In this document: positions 25,092 to 38,607 of the stretch, piece by piece
How the letters are laid out: the number at the start of each line of letters is the position of its first letter
Position numbering within the stretch: the stretch's first letter is position 1
Assembly: GCF_036321535.1 (NCBI RefSeq)
Contig: NC_087437.1
Coordinates: 36,458,001 to 36,522,000, forward strand
Reading direction: 5' to 3'
DNA: 64,000 nucleotides
DNA from: Camelus dromedarius
Lineage: Eukaryota
The notes under the pieces: model-generated
Database searches by the model: none
What the model saw: the letters and a program-made list of their open reading frames with translations, nothing else
What the model was told of the DNA's origin: nothing
Made by a program: the position numbers and the translations under genes

Positions 25092-28000
25092 ATTTTACTT
25101 ACAGAAATGCTTTTAAGTATAGAATTGAGTTTAAAAACAGTAACAGATTTAAGTTCCTTCCTTGTTTTATGAGCACTAACATGTCAATAAGTTTAGAAAT
25201 TAAAGTCCAACAAATTGAGGCTTTGAAAATACTAAGATTTCCATACTTATCTTTGTCTAAGATTAAGGATTTTGCTTTGTTCTTAAATTATTTCAAGCAC
25301 TCAAAATTAACAAAGGAAATGTTTCTTTTGAATTTAAATGGTAGAAGTAGGTCAGTAGAGTCTAGTACAAAAATGAAGAGAAAATACAATACTTCATTTT
25401 AGAAAATGTTCAGGGTACTTCTCAGGGTTATGGGTAGGTGGCCTAGTATATTTAAATATACTAGTGTATGACATCTACCTAGTAAATGTTAATTGTGTTT
25501 ATTTTTATTTTAGAATTGTGATCAATACAACAAAATTAAATTATAAAATATATATTAGTGAAAGCTGCAGTTTTCCTTATTTCTCATTACACTTGTAACT
25601 TCAAGTTCTCTATGATGTTATATAATACTCCAACTTATCTATTAATGCATCATACAGTTGTCTAGTTTTTGAAATATTTATAGACTCTAAAATAATCCTT
25701 TTTTACATAAGGAGTGTTTATTTTCTCTCCTTACATGGTAATCTTCCTTAATATGTTAAATGGTGCTGTGATTTAGCAATGTCAAACTCTCATGGGAAAC
25801 AATATCCTTTATTTTACCTCTTTTAATCACATACTTAGCCATTCCATAAAAAGAACAGTTTTTGAACTACAACTAGAAACCCTCTGTGAAATAATAGTAC
25901 AACTTTATTATAGAAGAATAGCCTTTTCTCTGCTGGTGTTGAAACTTTCATAAACATACATAATACAGGTTTTGATTTATAAGGAAAGGAAACGTTCAGA
26001 TCCTGGCATAATGCTTAGTATGTAGTACTCAATTTGTAGCAGTGAATAATCAGTGAGTGAGTATACACTGTTGTTTCTGACTTAAAATGATTTTTGTACC
26101 ACAACCCAAGAATTGTCCCACCCTGTTATGAAATTCAGTTTGGAATATGGTATATTTGTTTGAACAGCCCTAACAATTTAAAAGAGATGTCAGAAAAGTT
26201 TTATGGAAAAGACTATATTAACATTTTTTCTTTGAAGGAATGGTGGAAATTAGATACCAAGAAGTTCTCTATAGCATTATGGATTTCTTTTTGCCACATG
26301 ATCATTGTGATTGAAGACAGGTGAATTGTGATACCTTGAATTTGCCTGATTTTGGCAAATGGAGTAGGATTCTACACTGATAAAGAAAATTTGAGGAAAA
26401 ATTAAATCTACATTTTTTTGAATTTTTAATTTGAAATATTCATATTTTTATATGATTATTTTCGCATAAAAGAAATCCAGTATACTGTTTCCCAAATAAA
26501 ATAAAACATTGCTTATCTATTTTTAGTTAGTTAATTAAATAATATTTTAAAACTATTATTTAATAGGTGGTCATCATGTTTTATGCTTTCGTTTTTTCCC
26601 CGTCTGCGTATACAGTCTGTGGCTAGACATGCATTCATTAAGACATAACTTATGCCAAGGGAAGAGGTCAAAATGAAGGTGTCTCAGCATTGCCTTATGG
26701 TTGAATTGACCCCATTGTCATTCCATGCCCATAAGTGTTCAATAAATTTCCATATTTAGAAATATGTAAATATGGAGTACTCAATTGTGTTGGCATCTTC
26801 ACAGCTGTTCTACTTCTTTTTGGCAGATTCACTGCCTCTTGGCCAATTCACAATGGGACCGATTCAAGAGCTTTTAATTGTGCAATATTTTCATTATCTT
26901 AGAAGATAGAAATGATAGAGATGTAAATTGGTTTAGCATTAAAGGACATGATTTCAACTTTGTATTTTTATATCTAAAAATCATATAAATAAAAAGCCAA
27001 AACCAAAGAAAACACTTTTTTTCTCAGTAATATATCCATGTTCTAAGAGTGGAAAAGTTTCAACTCAGAAACTTTTTATTCAAACTCCCACTTAGAAACT
27101 AATATATTGAGCCTTTTGATCTTTTTTTAATAATAATTAATAGTATACAGTGCTAGGGATCCAGCTTTTAAAGCAGGCTAATCAATGGAGAGGACAGCAT
27201 TTAGCATTGACACCTACAATTAAACAAATAAATAATTAACATAATATAGATTTATTCTGGATACTTTTCAACTGGATTTTTTTAGCTAATAGTGTTTTTT
27301 CCCTCTGGTTTCAGTAAACACAAAACCAGTAGAAATTATTTTATATACTCAGGACCTCATAGGATATAACTTTTTTGTGTGGATCTAGCTCCAAAAAAAT
27401 GTAGTTTGGGGATTAAAATAGAATTTTCCCCATGGAAATATGTGTATTTAATCATTATGTTATTTTTCAGAGGATATTCAGAGTGATTTTCTTAATTATA
27501 TTTTCATTTTTAGCCTGCACCCACATGGACATGTTTCTTCAGTCTTATAAGACAGTGATGTAAAATAAATTTCTATTATGATTAGCTATTGAGGAATATT
27601 ATTCTCTTAAATAAAATGCAACCTCGTTGATTGGTACTGTGAATCTGTACTCTGTGTATCCTCCTGCAATAGACCCACTATTGCATTATCAGAGGAAGAT
27701 AGGAGAGCTGCTTAAATTTTTCTGAATTTCTCTTCAGTATGTTTAGGCAAAGGAGAGAGAGGCTTACAATCTAGAATTCAGTGGTCTGTCCATATCTAGC
27801 AACTCAGTTTAAAGAAACACAGTCCTGCACTGATGACCTTCAGTCAGCCCTGGATGAATTTTCAGAGACTGATTTGTCCCTTGAGCAGCAGGAATTCATA
27901 TTAGATCTAAGCCTTATTTTTGTATGGGTTCTGAATAAGTAAGTTATCAGCTAACAGGAAATTCAGTGCAAGTCAAAAAAAAGGCAGATGCTTTAATTGC

Positions 28001-28349
28001 GCAAATGTGAATTTTCTCAAGGGTATTATATCATAGCATGTGAATTAGGTAGAATAATATGTATATAATCCATATGCATTTTAGAGTTGATTTAGCAAGA
28101 GTCCTAAATTTACCATTAATGACTGTATAAGGAAGAGAACCAGTTGACAAACTAATTCCTGATTTTAATGTTTGAAATGGAATGCTAATGATTTACTATT
28201 CCTCTTGTTATCACCAACATAAAAATTTAAAGTAGAGAAAAAAGGATTGTGTTTCATATGACTTACTATTGTCAAATTATAATAAAATCTCAAGAGTTTA
28301 AATAATATACTTCATCAGTAAAATTCATAGTACTAGGTTCCAACTTAAA

Positions 28350-29330
28350 ATGTTCTTCATTCAGTAAATTTTAATTGAGAACTGAGCTCTGTACTTGGCC
28401 CAAAGAATAGAAGAATATGTATATTTTTCAGCAGGATTTTTAAACTAATCACATGAAGATCCCTTTAAAAATGCACAGTTTGATTCAGGATTTCCATAGT
28501 ATAGCAGGAGATTCTGTATTAGATATAAGGTCCCATGTTGTTTCACCAACCTCTCTTTGTTGTGTCAGAGTCTTGGCCCTTATAATACATTTGATAGCAC
28601 AAAGGTCTAAACAAATTAATGAGTGTAAATGTGGTGAGTTTTATTATAGAGTAGAGAATGAAGTGTTAGGAACACATCAAAGACTGGGAAACCAAATCTT
28701 TCTAGGGGTATTAGGGAAGATTCATTGTGGTGGTAACAATTGAACTGAGTCTGAGAGGAAGTATAGTACTTTGCTGATCAAATTATTAATTATTAATTAC
28801 TTTTGTCATTTATGGTAGGTGGAGTAATATAATATATAAAGAAAATGACTCATGAAAAAGTCTGGAACAGGGTCATATTCCGTGTGGAATGAACATAGAT
28901 GTGTCTGTGGGAACCAACGAGCTAGAAGGATGTTGGGAGAATAGATTGGCCCAAATTGTAAGGGCCAAATTAATAAGTGGGGTTTATACCTTATAGTTTG
29001 CATTAACAAAAGAGGTTTACAGATAGTGGAGTAAAATTATTGCTTAATTTTATAAAAATAGTTCTGAAATTTATATTAAGGATGCATTAAGGTAGAAAGT
29101 CTAGTAAAAATGAAATAAGATAGAAGACACTTAAAATAGTTCAAATGAGAAAAATAATGGTCTACATTAAGGCAGAAGTGTGAGGAATGAAGAGTAGCCA
29201 ATTTTAACAGATATTACTAGGTTTTATTAATAGTAATTGATGACTGATTTGGTATGAGTCAGAAAGAGAGAGTAATAAATTATGATGCCAAATTTTCTAT
29301 GTAAGGATACAGGATTAAATGATGACAGCA
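28350..29330 (-). mobile_element. Decayed L2 LINE fragments
   Basis: ttcattcagtaaattttaattgagaact (reverse L2 3' end), ttgaactgagtctgagagga, gggcccaaattgtaagggcc and gatgccaaattttct are typical reverse L2 remnants. Confidence 0.6.
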
Positions 29331-30814
29331 CTAAAATTATCTTGTCAAAAATGTTATTCTTATTAAAATATAGCTATTTTAATTACTATTTGTAGGTAAT
29401 GATTCTATCTCTATGTCATTAAAGTTAATAATTATCAATTCACATATTAAAAATCTTTCTTTAACATCATTCTCATCAAAATATCATGATTAAAATATCA
29501 TGTTTAAACATAAAAATGATTTCCATAGTTCTCAGAATTTCAACCAAAACCATTCTGTTCAGTGTGATAATTAGAAAAAATAATATTTTAAATTTTGTTA
29601 TTTTATTTTACATTTTACTTGTCTATTATTTTTCTCCCGGGCCTTTGGTAGTTTTATTTTCTATTGAAAATAAAAAGCTTTCTGATGTAATTGGACCATT
29701 TCTGCTTTTACTGGACTCTGTAACTTTACGTTCAGCAGTGAGAGTGAAAATATTATCAAAAAGTTAGTATACACAGTTGTAGGCATATAAAGGGTAAGGG
29801 AGTTTATGGTTTTGTAGATAATAACTAAGATTAAAAAATATGTAATAAAATTTAAAATCAGAATTCAACTATGTACGGTCATTTTTTAAGAGAGGAAAAA
29901 GTTTCATAAATCTTTATTACATATTTTCTGAACTCAGCTGTAGTTCTGTAAAAAAAAATCTGTAAAAGACAAGATTTTTGTACAAAAAATGAGTATAAAT
30001 ATAAAGCATTCCTTTCAGTAGTATACTGCAATATTTACAATAGCTAACAGCATGACTTTTGGAAACTTGAGCATATAATAGCAATTTGTCATTTTTCTCC
30101 AAGTTCATTGACATCGTCAAGGCATATTTAACTCAGCAGGAGAATTTAAATTTCATACTTGGTGATTTCATGAAGCATTCTTCTCACCTTGAGGTTTCAG
30201 CTAAAAACTCCCTTTTTCATTTCTTTCAATAAATTACCATCTATTCATATCTCATGGCTTCATTAGAATGTTCAGATGCAAATAATCAAAACACCACCTG
30301 CTTTCAAACTATGTTTATATAAAAGTTTACTTCTGATTTGTAATTTGGATAATCGCTGAAGAAATGTTCATGAATATAATCTCTGTAGGCAAGTGGAGAG
30401 TTTGGTCAGAATCCCTTGTGGTATAATATGATCTGTTTTATCAGTTGGCTTGGATTTAAATTGGTTTTGCTGTATTAGACTATTATTACCACTGGGAAAA
30501 AATAAAACTAGGTGAGACAAAATAGAACAATAGCATTTGAATTTTAATAACTGAAAGGAAAAGAGAGCTATTTCTTTGGTAAGGATTGTGTGCTCCTAAC
30601 AGTTTTACTCTAATTCTACTCAATGGAGAACATGCCTTTTAAAGCAGGTACATACTGTGTTGTCCTAAAATTCCCCTCTACCTACCCTAGCCACAAAGTG
30701 GATGTCCTCTATATTCTTGTTCTTATGAATTATAGTACAGTCTTCCAATTCATGCAGCAATGATGTTTAAAATCATATTTCATTATGTTTTTCTCTTAAT
30801 GTTCATAATGCTGA

Positions 30815-31320
30815 TATTACCCCAAAAGGGAAAGGGAAAATATCCCAGTTCTTGTCTTATCCAAAAGGTAAGAATATAGATGGGAGATGGTATGTTGTGC
30901 AGCAAAAGATTTTAAAGGATTTACTTAGGAAAGGAAAAGCCACAGTCTTTGTGTGCCCCTTTTCTTATACCCTTGCTTAGAGATGGTCTTCTGAGTGATG
31001 GATGGCTCTTGACACTGTAATGCTTAGTCATGTTTTTCCCCTTTGTGCATGTCCTTACCCATGGTGTACACAGAAAAACCCATGGAGGGGCCTAAACTGC
31101 AGTGCTAATTATATTACAATGAGCATTTGGTCACGCCCAGTTAAGTCCTTCCTGCTACTGAGCAGTTGAGGCTGTTGGGTTCTAACCAGTTTCTTGTTGG
31201 CACTCATTTAGATGAAATAAGTCCCTTTATGCTGGAGGCAGGCATAATACCATTTTCAGGAGCATCTTCCCTCTCCTTCACCTATCTGCTCTGTGCCCCC
31301 ACTTATCTAACTACCTAACA
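30815..31320 (-). mobile_element. ERV1-class solo LTR
   Basis: Right end ctaactacctaaca (= TGTTAGGTAGTTAG LTR start on minus), left end tattacc (degenerate TG), gctaattatattacaatgagca core. Candidate TSD ctga / ctaa. Confidence 0.8.
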
Positions 31321-31487
31321 CTAATACCATTTATTTAATCTATATGTTATCCAGATTCTGTGTTATTACTACACACACTATCCTTGTATTGGCAATCAAA
31401 GACAAAAAAAACTAAAAAAAAAAAAATCTAAAAAAAATTTAGTAACTATTATTTCTATAGGTATTATTTTGCCCATAGTCTGTCATC

Positions 31488-31605
31488 CACATTTTATAGA
31501 AAAGGAAACTGCACTTTGGTTATTTATCTTGCCCTATCAAGGCACACGACAGATAAAAGCCAGAGCTGAAACATGAACCATTTCTTTTCACTGTATTACA
31601 TTGTT
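31488..31605 (-). mobile_element. MIR SINE fragment
   Basis: attttatagaaaaggaaactg...cttgccc...aaggcacacgacag...gccagagctgaaacatgaacc. Confidence 0.7.
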
Positions 31606-31947
31606 TCCATTCCTTATATTTAATCTTTGAAAATATGCCATCAAATTATATTTTTCTGTATTCCAACATGACTTATATTAACTTTCCTTTTCCATTTGTG
31701 CTTCGTGGACCCAGGTCCAGAGTCCTGCCAGTTCACACTTAATTTTCCATACCTGCTCTGAGATTGTCCCCATATTTCTACCCTCATCCATTCTACTTTC
31801 CACTGCCAGCTAGAATTCCTCAGGTCTAAAACATTCATTTTTTAGGATGATGGCATAAAGCATGAAATTTTATATTTACATTCAAGGTCTTTCTTAATTT
31901 TGTCTTATTGCTTATTAAATACATTTCTCATTTCTATTAGTTAGATG

Positions 31948-32400
31948 TTTGAAAATTAGTAAAGGGGAACCTCACTAAAATGGGGTTGGGAGGCCAGGAG
32001 GAGGAGCTCTCATCCAGTACCACTCCATGTCAGTTACAAAAATTGTCAATTACAGACCTCAAAACAAAAATTATCAGTAGGAAAGAATCATCAATTATAG
32101 GCTGCATCAGGGAAAAATATAAATTGCATCTCCTGTGTGAAACTGACTACCCTAGCAACTCAGCCAATGAGAAATTGTCATCACCCTGAACTCTCACTTT
32201 TCTCCAGTGGATTTTTGTTCAAAATAGCCCCTCTCAACTTGCTCGTTTTTCTCTAGAAAATAATTTTCCTCTCCTTTGTGTTTTGGACTTGCATATTGTC
32301 CTTGCTGTGGGTTGCTTGTCCTGAACTACAATTCTCTGCTCTTCTGGAATAAATTCATTTTTACTGGTAAAAGAACTGACTTTTATTTCTGAGGTCAACA
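31948..32400 (+). mobile_element. ERV1-class solo LTR
   Basis: cagccaatgag CCAAT box, AATAAA at about 32348 and terminus gaggtcaaca. Candidate 4-bp TSD GATG (31944-31947 / 32401-32404). Confidence 0.82.
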
Positions 32401-35091
32401 GATGTTAGATATCTCATACTGCTTTTATTGATGTCAGCCGTCTAAGTAGACCACTATGACTAGTGTGAATTTTGTATTGACCTCTAACCTTGAATTCTCT
32501 CCTGTCATTTTTATCTCCATCATTACAAGTCCTGGCTATTCCACAAAGTAGGAATTAGAATCTGTCATTTATACAGACATCATTTTACCTGTTACTTTCT
32601 GTATTTAACTTTCCTATTAATAAACTTGATCTAGCCTTCAATATATATTTTCTATAAATAGGTATAGTTTATTAAGTGTTTTAACATGCAGCTAGAATCT
32701 TGAACACTATACTATGTGTTTTAATCCTCATGAAATCCCAGTGAGTATGCACTATCATTAACCCTACTTAAGGAGAAAAAAGCTTACTCAGTGTTTCATA
32801 AGTACTAAATAAATCCCAAATTTATTATTAGATTTAGCTTTTCTTGCATTTTAATTGAAGAATATTTGATTTATTTCCTCCACGCAGACTGGAAATTATT
32901 TTTAAACCTTGGAATTCATAGCCTTCATACTTTCTTTCAACCCATATTTTTTTAATGTCATTTTGCTGTGGTCACTGAGGAGACAGGATTATTCATAAAG
33001 GAAATGGGGGGAGCACTTGGTTATGTGGAAGTATGAAAACAGACTTACAAAAGGAAACATCTATTCCGAGGGAAAATATACAGCTAGTTTTCAAATAACT
33101 ATATTTATGCTACTAATGACAGGCCACATGATTAAATCTTGTTCTACCTGAGAATTCATCAGAATATAAATATCAAATCCATCTTTCCAAATATTTATTT
33201 ATTAGATTCTTTTGTTTTATGAGGGGGTGGGGATGAAAGTGAATTGAAATTTAGCATATGACCTAAGTATAAAATCAAGAGGATTCTAATTCATGTGGCT
33301 AGCAAATTAAAAAAAAATTCACCAACATCATTTCTGTAATAAAAGGGTTGCAAAACCTGTTTTCAGTCATCATAGCTAAATAAAAATGAAATTCTCAATG
33401 TGTGTCCTCTAAGACATGATTTGGCAAACTGTGTCCTGTAAGCTAAAGGTAAAATGGAACATTTATATAGGGCAAATAAAAGTCATCACTATCATATTTC
33501 CTCTTTGGAGAAATAGAAACAGCATCTTAAAATTTTAACAATTAAAGAAAAAAAAAAACTATGGTAACCTTCAAGCTTTCAGTGTCTTAAATAGGTTCAA
33601 AATCCAATGTGTCATCTAGTTTAGATTTGTGTACTCCTTTGAGACTGTTATTTCTAGTTCAAAATATTATCAGAGAGAATGAGGCCAATAAGATTTTGTT
33701 CAAAAATATTGTCTGTGGCAGAACTGAAAAAAGTCCCTTAAATTTCAACAGTAATTAGTTCTTCTAATTTAAAATGCATTCTTGAAGGCTTTTAGTGTTC
33801 ATGGTGATAGACTCTGGGTCTGACACTAAGTAAAGGCAACAACGAAGTAAGCAAGAAAGAAGATGTCCCAAAATAACAATGTTTTAAATTAATTATGAGA
33901 AATAGTGAGCTGGCCAGTCAAGTAAGAAAATACATTTGATGTTCTTTCTTCTTTCGTTGTTTGCTTTTATGCAAATAGTTTTTAAAAATGACAATGTCAA
34001 AGAAAAATGGCTATTTAATAAAATTTTCCATAGTTGTATATATTGAGATCAGGTGAAGCTCCAGATATGTAACACTTAATCTGTACATTTCACAAAGAAA
34101 ATTAACTTCATTGATTTATGTGTCTGGAAATTTAGTAAATTTATTTTTGCACAGAGTATATTTTCTAATAAAACTGTTTATGTTTAGAAATTATAAATCA
34201 TTATATGAGACTTCAAATTAAATAATCCATAGAATAATTTGGTTTTGGAGCTATGATAAGAACAAAACAAACAAAAAAAGTGAACTACTGTTACTTTCCC
34301 CATCTCTGAATCTACCACAATGTCTACACTGCCTTTGCCTTTTTGAATTAGCTTTTCAACTCCCAAATTCAAATACCCATGTTTATAACACTATGGTAGA
34401 TTTTTAGTTCTTTTATTGCATTTATATTCTTTCTGTAATCCATTCAGATTTAGTTTTGGATAGTTTGCTAAATTGAAAGACTCATATGTGATACTACTTT
34501 CTATCATATCTATTTCTGGCTAAAATGGTATTTCATGTAGTCTAAATATTTCTGCCATTTTATCTAATTATATTATTCAAATATGAATCATACTCTTTGA
34601 AATTAGTGTGATTTTAACCTAATAAGTATTACATTGAATAACATAAGATTATGCCTGATATTTATGTATCCAATTTGTTTAACTTTGGTCCAAAAACTTA
34701 TTCTTAAAAGATTAAGGTTAATTCTAAAATATAAGTGATCCACGAAGAAACTACTTGCAATATCAATGCCAAAGTTTATGTAATTTACACATAATACATT
34801 CTATTAATGAATAGTGTGAAATAGAGAAGCCAAAGTATAATATTTCATATTTTCTTTCTACTTTATTATTACCAAATAAAAAAATTCAATCAACTAATCT
34901 CTAAAGCATGTATTAAGAGTAGGAAGTGCTAAATTATTTCATGGATATTAAGAATCAGAAATCTATTGTTTCATACATCAAACTTGAAATATAAAAGGGA
35001 CAAAACTGATATCTAGAATGATTAGCCAGAAATTGGGGACAAAATACATTCACATGCCAGTTTCTGTGATAAAAAACATTAAAATGCTAAG

Positions 35092-35334
35092 GGTGAGAAG
35101 GGATAAATTGGGAGTTTGAGATTTGTAGATACTAACTAATATATATAAAATAAACAACAAGTTTATACTGCATAGCACAGGGAACCATATTCAATATACT
35201 GTAGTAACCTATGGTGAAGAAGAATATGAGAACGAATGTACGTATGTTCCTATATGACTGAAGTATTGTGTTCTACCCCAGAAACTGACATAACATTGTA
35301 AACTGACTGTACTTCAATAAAAATATATTTTTTA
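35092..35334 (+). mobile_element. Young 5'-truncated LINE-1 3'UTR (cetartiodactyl, camelid-like)
   Basis: gggataaattgggagtttgagatttgtagatactaact...atagcacagggaacc...acattgtaaactgactgtacttcaataaaaa. Perfect 11-bp TSD aaaatgctaag (35081-35091 / 35335-35345) at a TT/AAAA endonuclease site. Confidence 0.93.
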
Positions 35335-36149
35335 AAAATGCTAAGAAATACCAAAAATGGAATAAAAGATGAAAGTCAGTAGCAGAAACTTCAAAGTATA
35401 AAGCAGAGTTTGAAATGGATATTTATTTTTAAATAAAAATTGCTTAATATCACAGAAAGAGACTTTAATTTCTAAAATGAGACCTAGGTAAATAAATCCA
35501 CCGATTTATTTCAGAAAGCTCACTTTTGAGAAATGATCACAGCTATGCCTACCATATATTTCATATCAAGCTATGTACACTGTTTCCTGATTAGAGGATG
35601 TTTACTTTTGCTGGTCAACACCAACATTATTTTAAAAATATTTTCACATTTTAAAAGTAGTTAAACTCACTATAAACATCTAGAAAATATAGGAAATAAA
35701 ATAGCCCATTTTAAGCTGGACAATATTTGACTGGTTTGTTTTGCCCAGATTTTTATATCTGAAATAGTGCTTTGACGTCTTTGTTTATTTTTGTCTAAGA
35801 GCCATTGAGAAATTGTAATTACTATACTATATTAAGGAGACAAAACTTGATACAAGGAGAAGTAAAACTTTGTTTCAACCAGCATGTACTATGAAATTCT
35901 CTTTGATTTTTGTTTGTTTTAAACCAAACTATGTTCACTATCCAAAAGATCAAAATAGAATGAATTTTTAGAAATCCTTATCTTTCTTCACTAACATCAA
36001 AATTAAAACATTAAAAAAAATTAAGATGCTTCATACCACTTCAGTTTGAGCACATTTGACTACCCTTTCTCATTGCAAAATTTCATTAAAATTCAAGAAA
36101 AATATCTCTCATTTTAAATATTAAAATGTATAGTACTACTGAAATCATG

Positions 36150-36797
36150 GATGCATAATTGAATGTTTGAAGAGAAAGAAGATTTGACTAGTCTTAGAAT
36201 TTCTCCTCCAAGATACTAACTACAAAAGAAAAAAATAGTAACCTTACAGCGAGAAACTCAGAAGACATCAGCTGAGCCAAGTGATGAATGTTAACATCAT
36301 TAATAATGACGTTTCAATATCACAGACCGTCCCCTCCATATGATACACTGAGAAAGACGAACATCACTGATGTGCTACTATTGCCAAACATGCCTAACTT
36401 TATTCTAAGCGTGAACAAACATCAGACAAATATAAATTGAGGGACATTTTGCCAAATAACTTATCATACTCATGAAAAGTGTCAAAAGTTGAGAAAAATA
36501 AGAATATGAAGTTGTTACAATCTGGAAGAGACTAAACAGAGACAAAGAACAACTAGCATGGAATCCTAGTTATGACCTCAAAACAGGAATAGGATATTAG
36601 AGAAAAAAAGGTGAATTTTGCACAGTGTGTGTAGTTTAGTTATAATATTATAACAGTAATTTTTGTTCTTTATAATTTTACTATGGTTATATAAGATATT
36701 AACATTAGGGGAAGCAGGGTTAGGGGGACTCTAATTTTTTTCAACCTTTCTTATTAGTCTAAAATAAGTTCAAGATAAAATGTTAAAAAAAAAAAAA
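36150..36797 (+). mobile_element. LINE-1 3'UTR (L1MC4/L1MC5-like)
   Basis: aaaaatagtaaccttacag...gccaagtgatgaatgttaacatca; atcagacaaatataaattgagggacatt; tggttatataagatattaacattagggga; A-tail at 36785-36797. Confidence 0.85.
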
Positions 36798-37857
36798 CGT
36801 TAGGAACTTACAGAAAAGCAGAGAGTGAGGAGGAGGAAAGGGAGCTGGAGGTGGGTAGAGGATGGGGAGAGGAAGGTAGCAACATTGACAGGAATAGGTT
36901 TCTTCTTGTAAGACTAGAAAGATTGTGAATCAAAGTAGGATAGAGGACAAAAACGCTTTCAGAGCCTAAACAGGAGAAAGCCAGTAGAGGTAAGACCCTC
37001 GGTTTCTAACATAACTTAAGCACAGCATCAAACACAAGTCCAAGGTAATTAAAAGTACAGCCTTAGGCTATGTATTTCATGTCTCTTTCATCAGTTACCT
37101 ATGAATAAAGTATCAGGGACAGCATGTTAGGGTCTGTTAATACATCTGCCTGACTGGCCTGAAGTATTGATTTTAGATAATTTAGGATTTTCCTGTACAT
37201 TGGAGATTGTGACTAAACTACTGTAGGGTGGGTCCAGGCATTGATAATTTTAAAAATGGAGAGGGTTGGGGGCAGCAGAATTTTAACTTGCAGTCAGATC
37301 TGTAATCTATTCACCTTTCTACGAATAGCTGATTTTTCCTTGTAGGGCTACACTTTCCAGAATATAGACACTGCACTAAAATTTACACCCTCTATCATTC
37401 TACTGTGTTGTTTTCTGTCATTAATTTGAAGAACAAATAAAAGGGAAGGCATTGCCTTGATAGTCTTAAGAGCAGCACTCCTGCCCTTGAAGGAGAAAAT
37501 CTGAGTGTTTGATCTAGGCATGTTGCCTAGAGAGTGGGACATGGCAAAATGTCTCCATCCCTTCTTTAGTGGACAGAATTTCTTTCTTTTGCTAAGACAG
37601 CTTATCATGTAACACCCATTGAGCCTCAGCACAGTTGCATCAGCCTTAAGAGTTGAGAATCTATTCAGACACCAGCACTGTGTAGTCTCTCTGTCTGGTT
37701 CATGGAACTCTTAAATGTAATTTTTAACTTTTTATATGTTTATTCATAAATGTTTCTCCTGAGGAGAACTTAATCCAAGGGCAGCCCTAAAATTCCATTT
37801 AAAATTAAAAACAGTAACAATCTCATTTTATCAGAGGAAACAAAATGAATCTCTTGT

Positions 37858-37950
37858 TATATACATATATGTACATATTTATCTATGTGTGTGTGTGTAT
37901 ATGTGTGTGTGCATATATATATGTATATGTATATATATGTCTATATATAT
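37858..37950. repeat. (TA)n/(TG)n compound simple repeat
   Basis: Alternating purine-pyrimidine runs. Confidence 0.85.
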
Positions 37951-37960
37951 GAAATCAACT

Positions 37961-38607
37961 TGTTACTGAACTGAACTTGGGTCCATTTGCCTGCCATGCA
38001 GCAGAGCTGGTTTACTGACACTGGGTTGTAGTGACGGAAAATACAGTGTTTACTGCAGGTACCAAGCAAGAAGAATGGGTAACTCATGGTCAAAAGATCC
38101 AAACTCCCTGATGGCTTTCAGGGAAGGGTTTTTAAAGGCAACGTTTGTGGGTGAGGTCTGCACGATGCATGACTTTCTTTTGACTGGTTGGTGGTGAGGT
38201 AACAAGGTGGTATTTCAGGATATCACTCATCTACCTTCTGATTCCAAATAGTCTGGGGTCTGTGTGCTTGTACTCAGCATGTAGTCACCATCCTCCACTT
38301 GGAGGTGGGGAGGGGGTCATTGTTCCTGCATAACAACTCAAAGATATGTGTCAATTGTTATGCATATCACTTGAAGAGGAACTAGGACTCTGTTTTATTG
38401 CTGAACTATTGTCATTACTTTTCTTATTTAAGTACTTTTACTTTGTTTCTGTAAACCCTCACTTCCCTGCTTGGGAACTGTATGTGCCTGCTCTTTGGAA
38501 CTCAGGGAAGAACTAGGAGACTAAAGTCTTTTCTGACAAACAAGAAATGGGAGCTACAGAGACACTTTTGTACCCAGGAGGGCCTTGCAGGGTCCTGCTT
38601 GATTTCA
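37961..38607 (-). mobile_element. ERV1-class solo LTR (about 650 bp)
   Basis: TG...CA termini (tgttactgaac...ggtcctgcttgatttca); ccaagcaagaagaatggg...aactccctgatggctttcagggaagggtttttaaaggc. TSD aact / aaat, 3/4. Confidence 0.88.
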
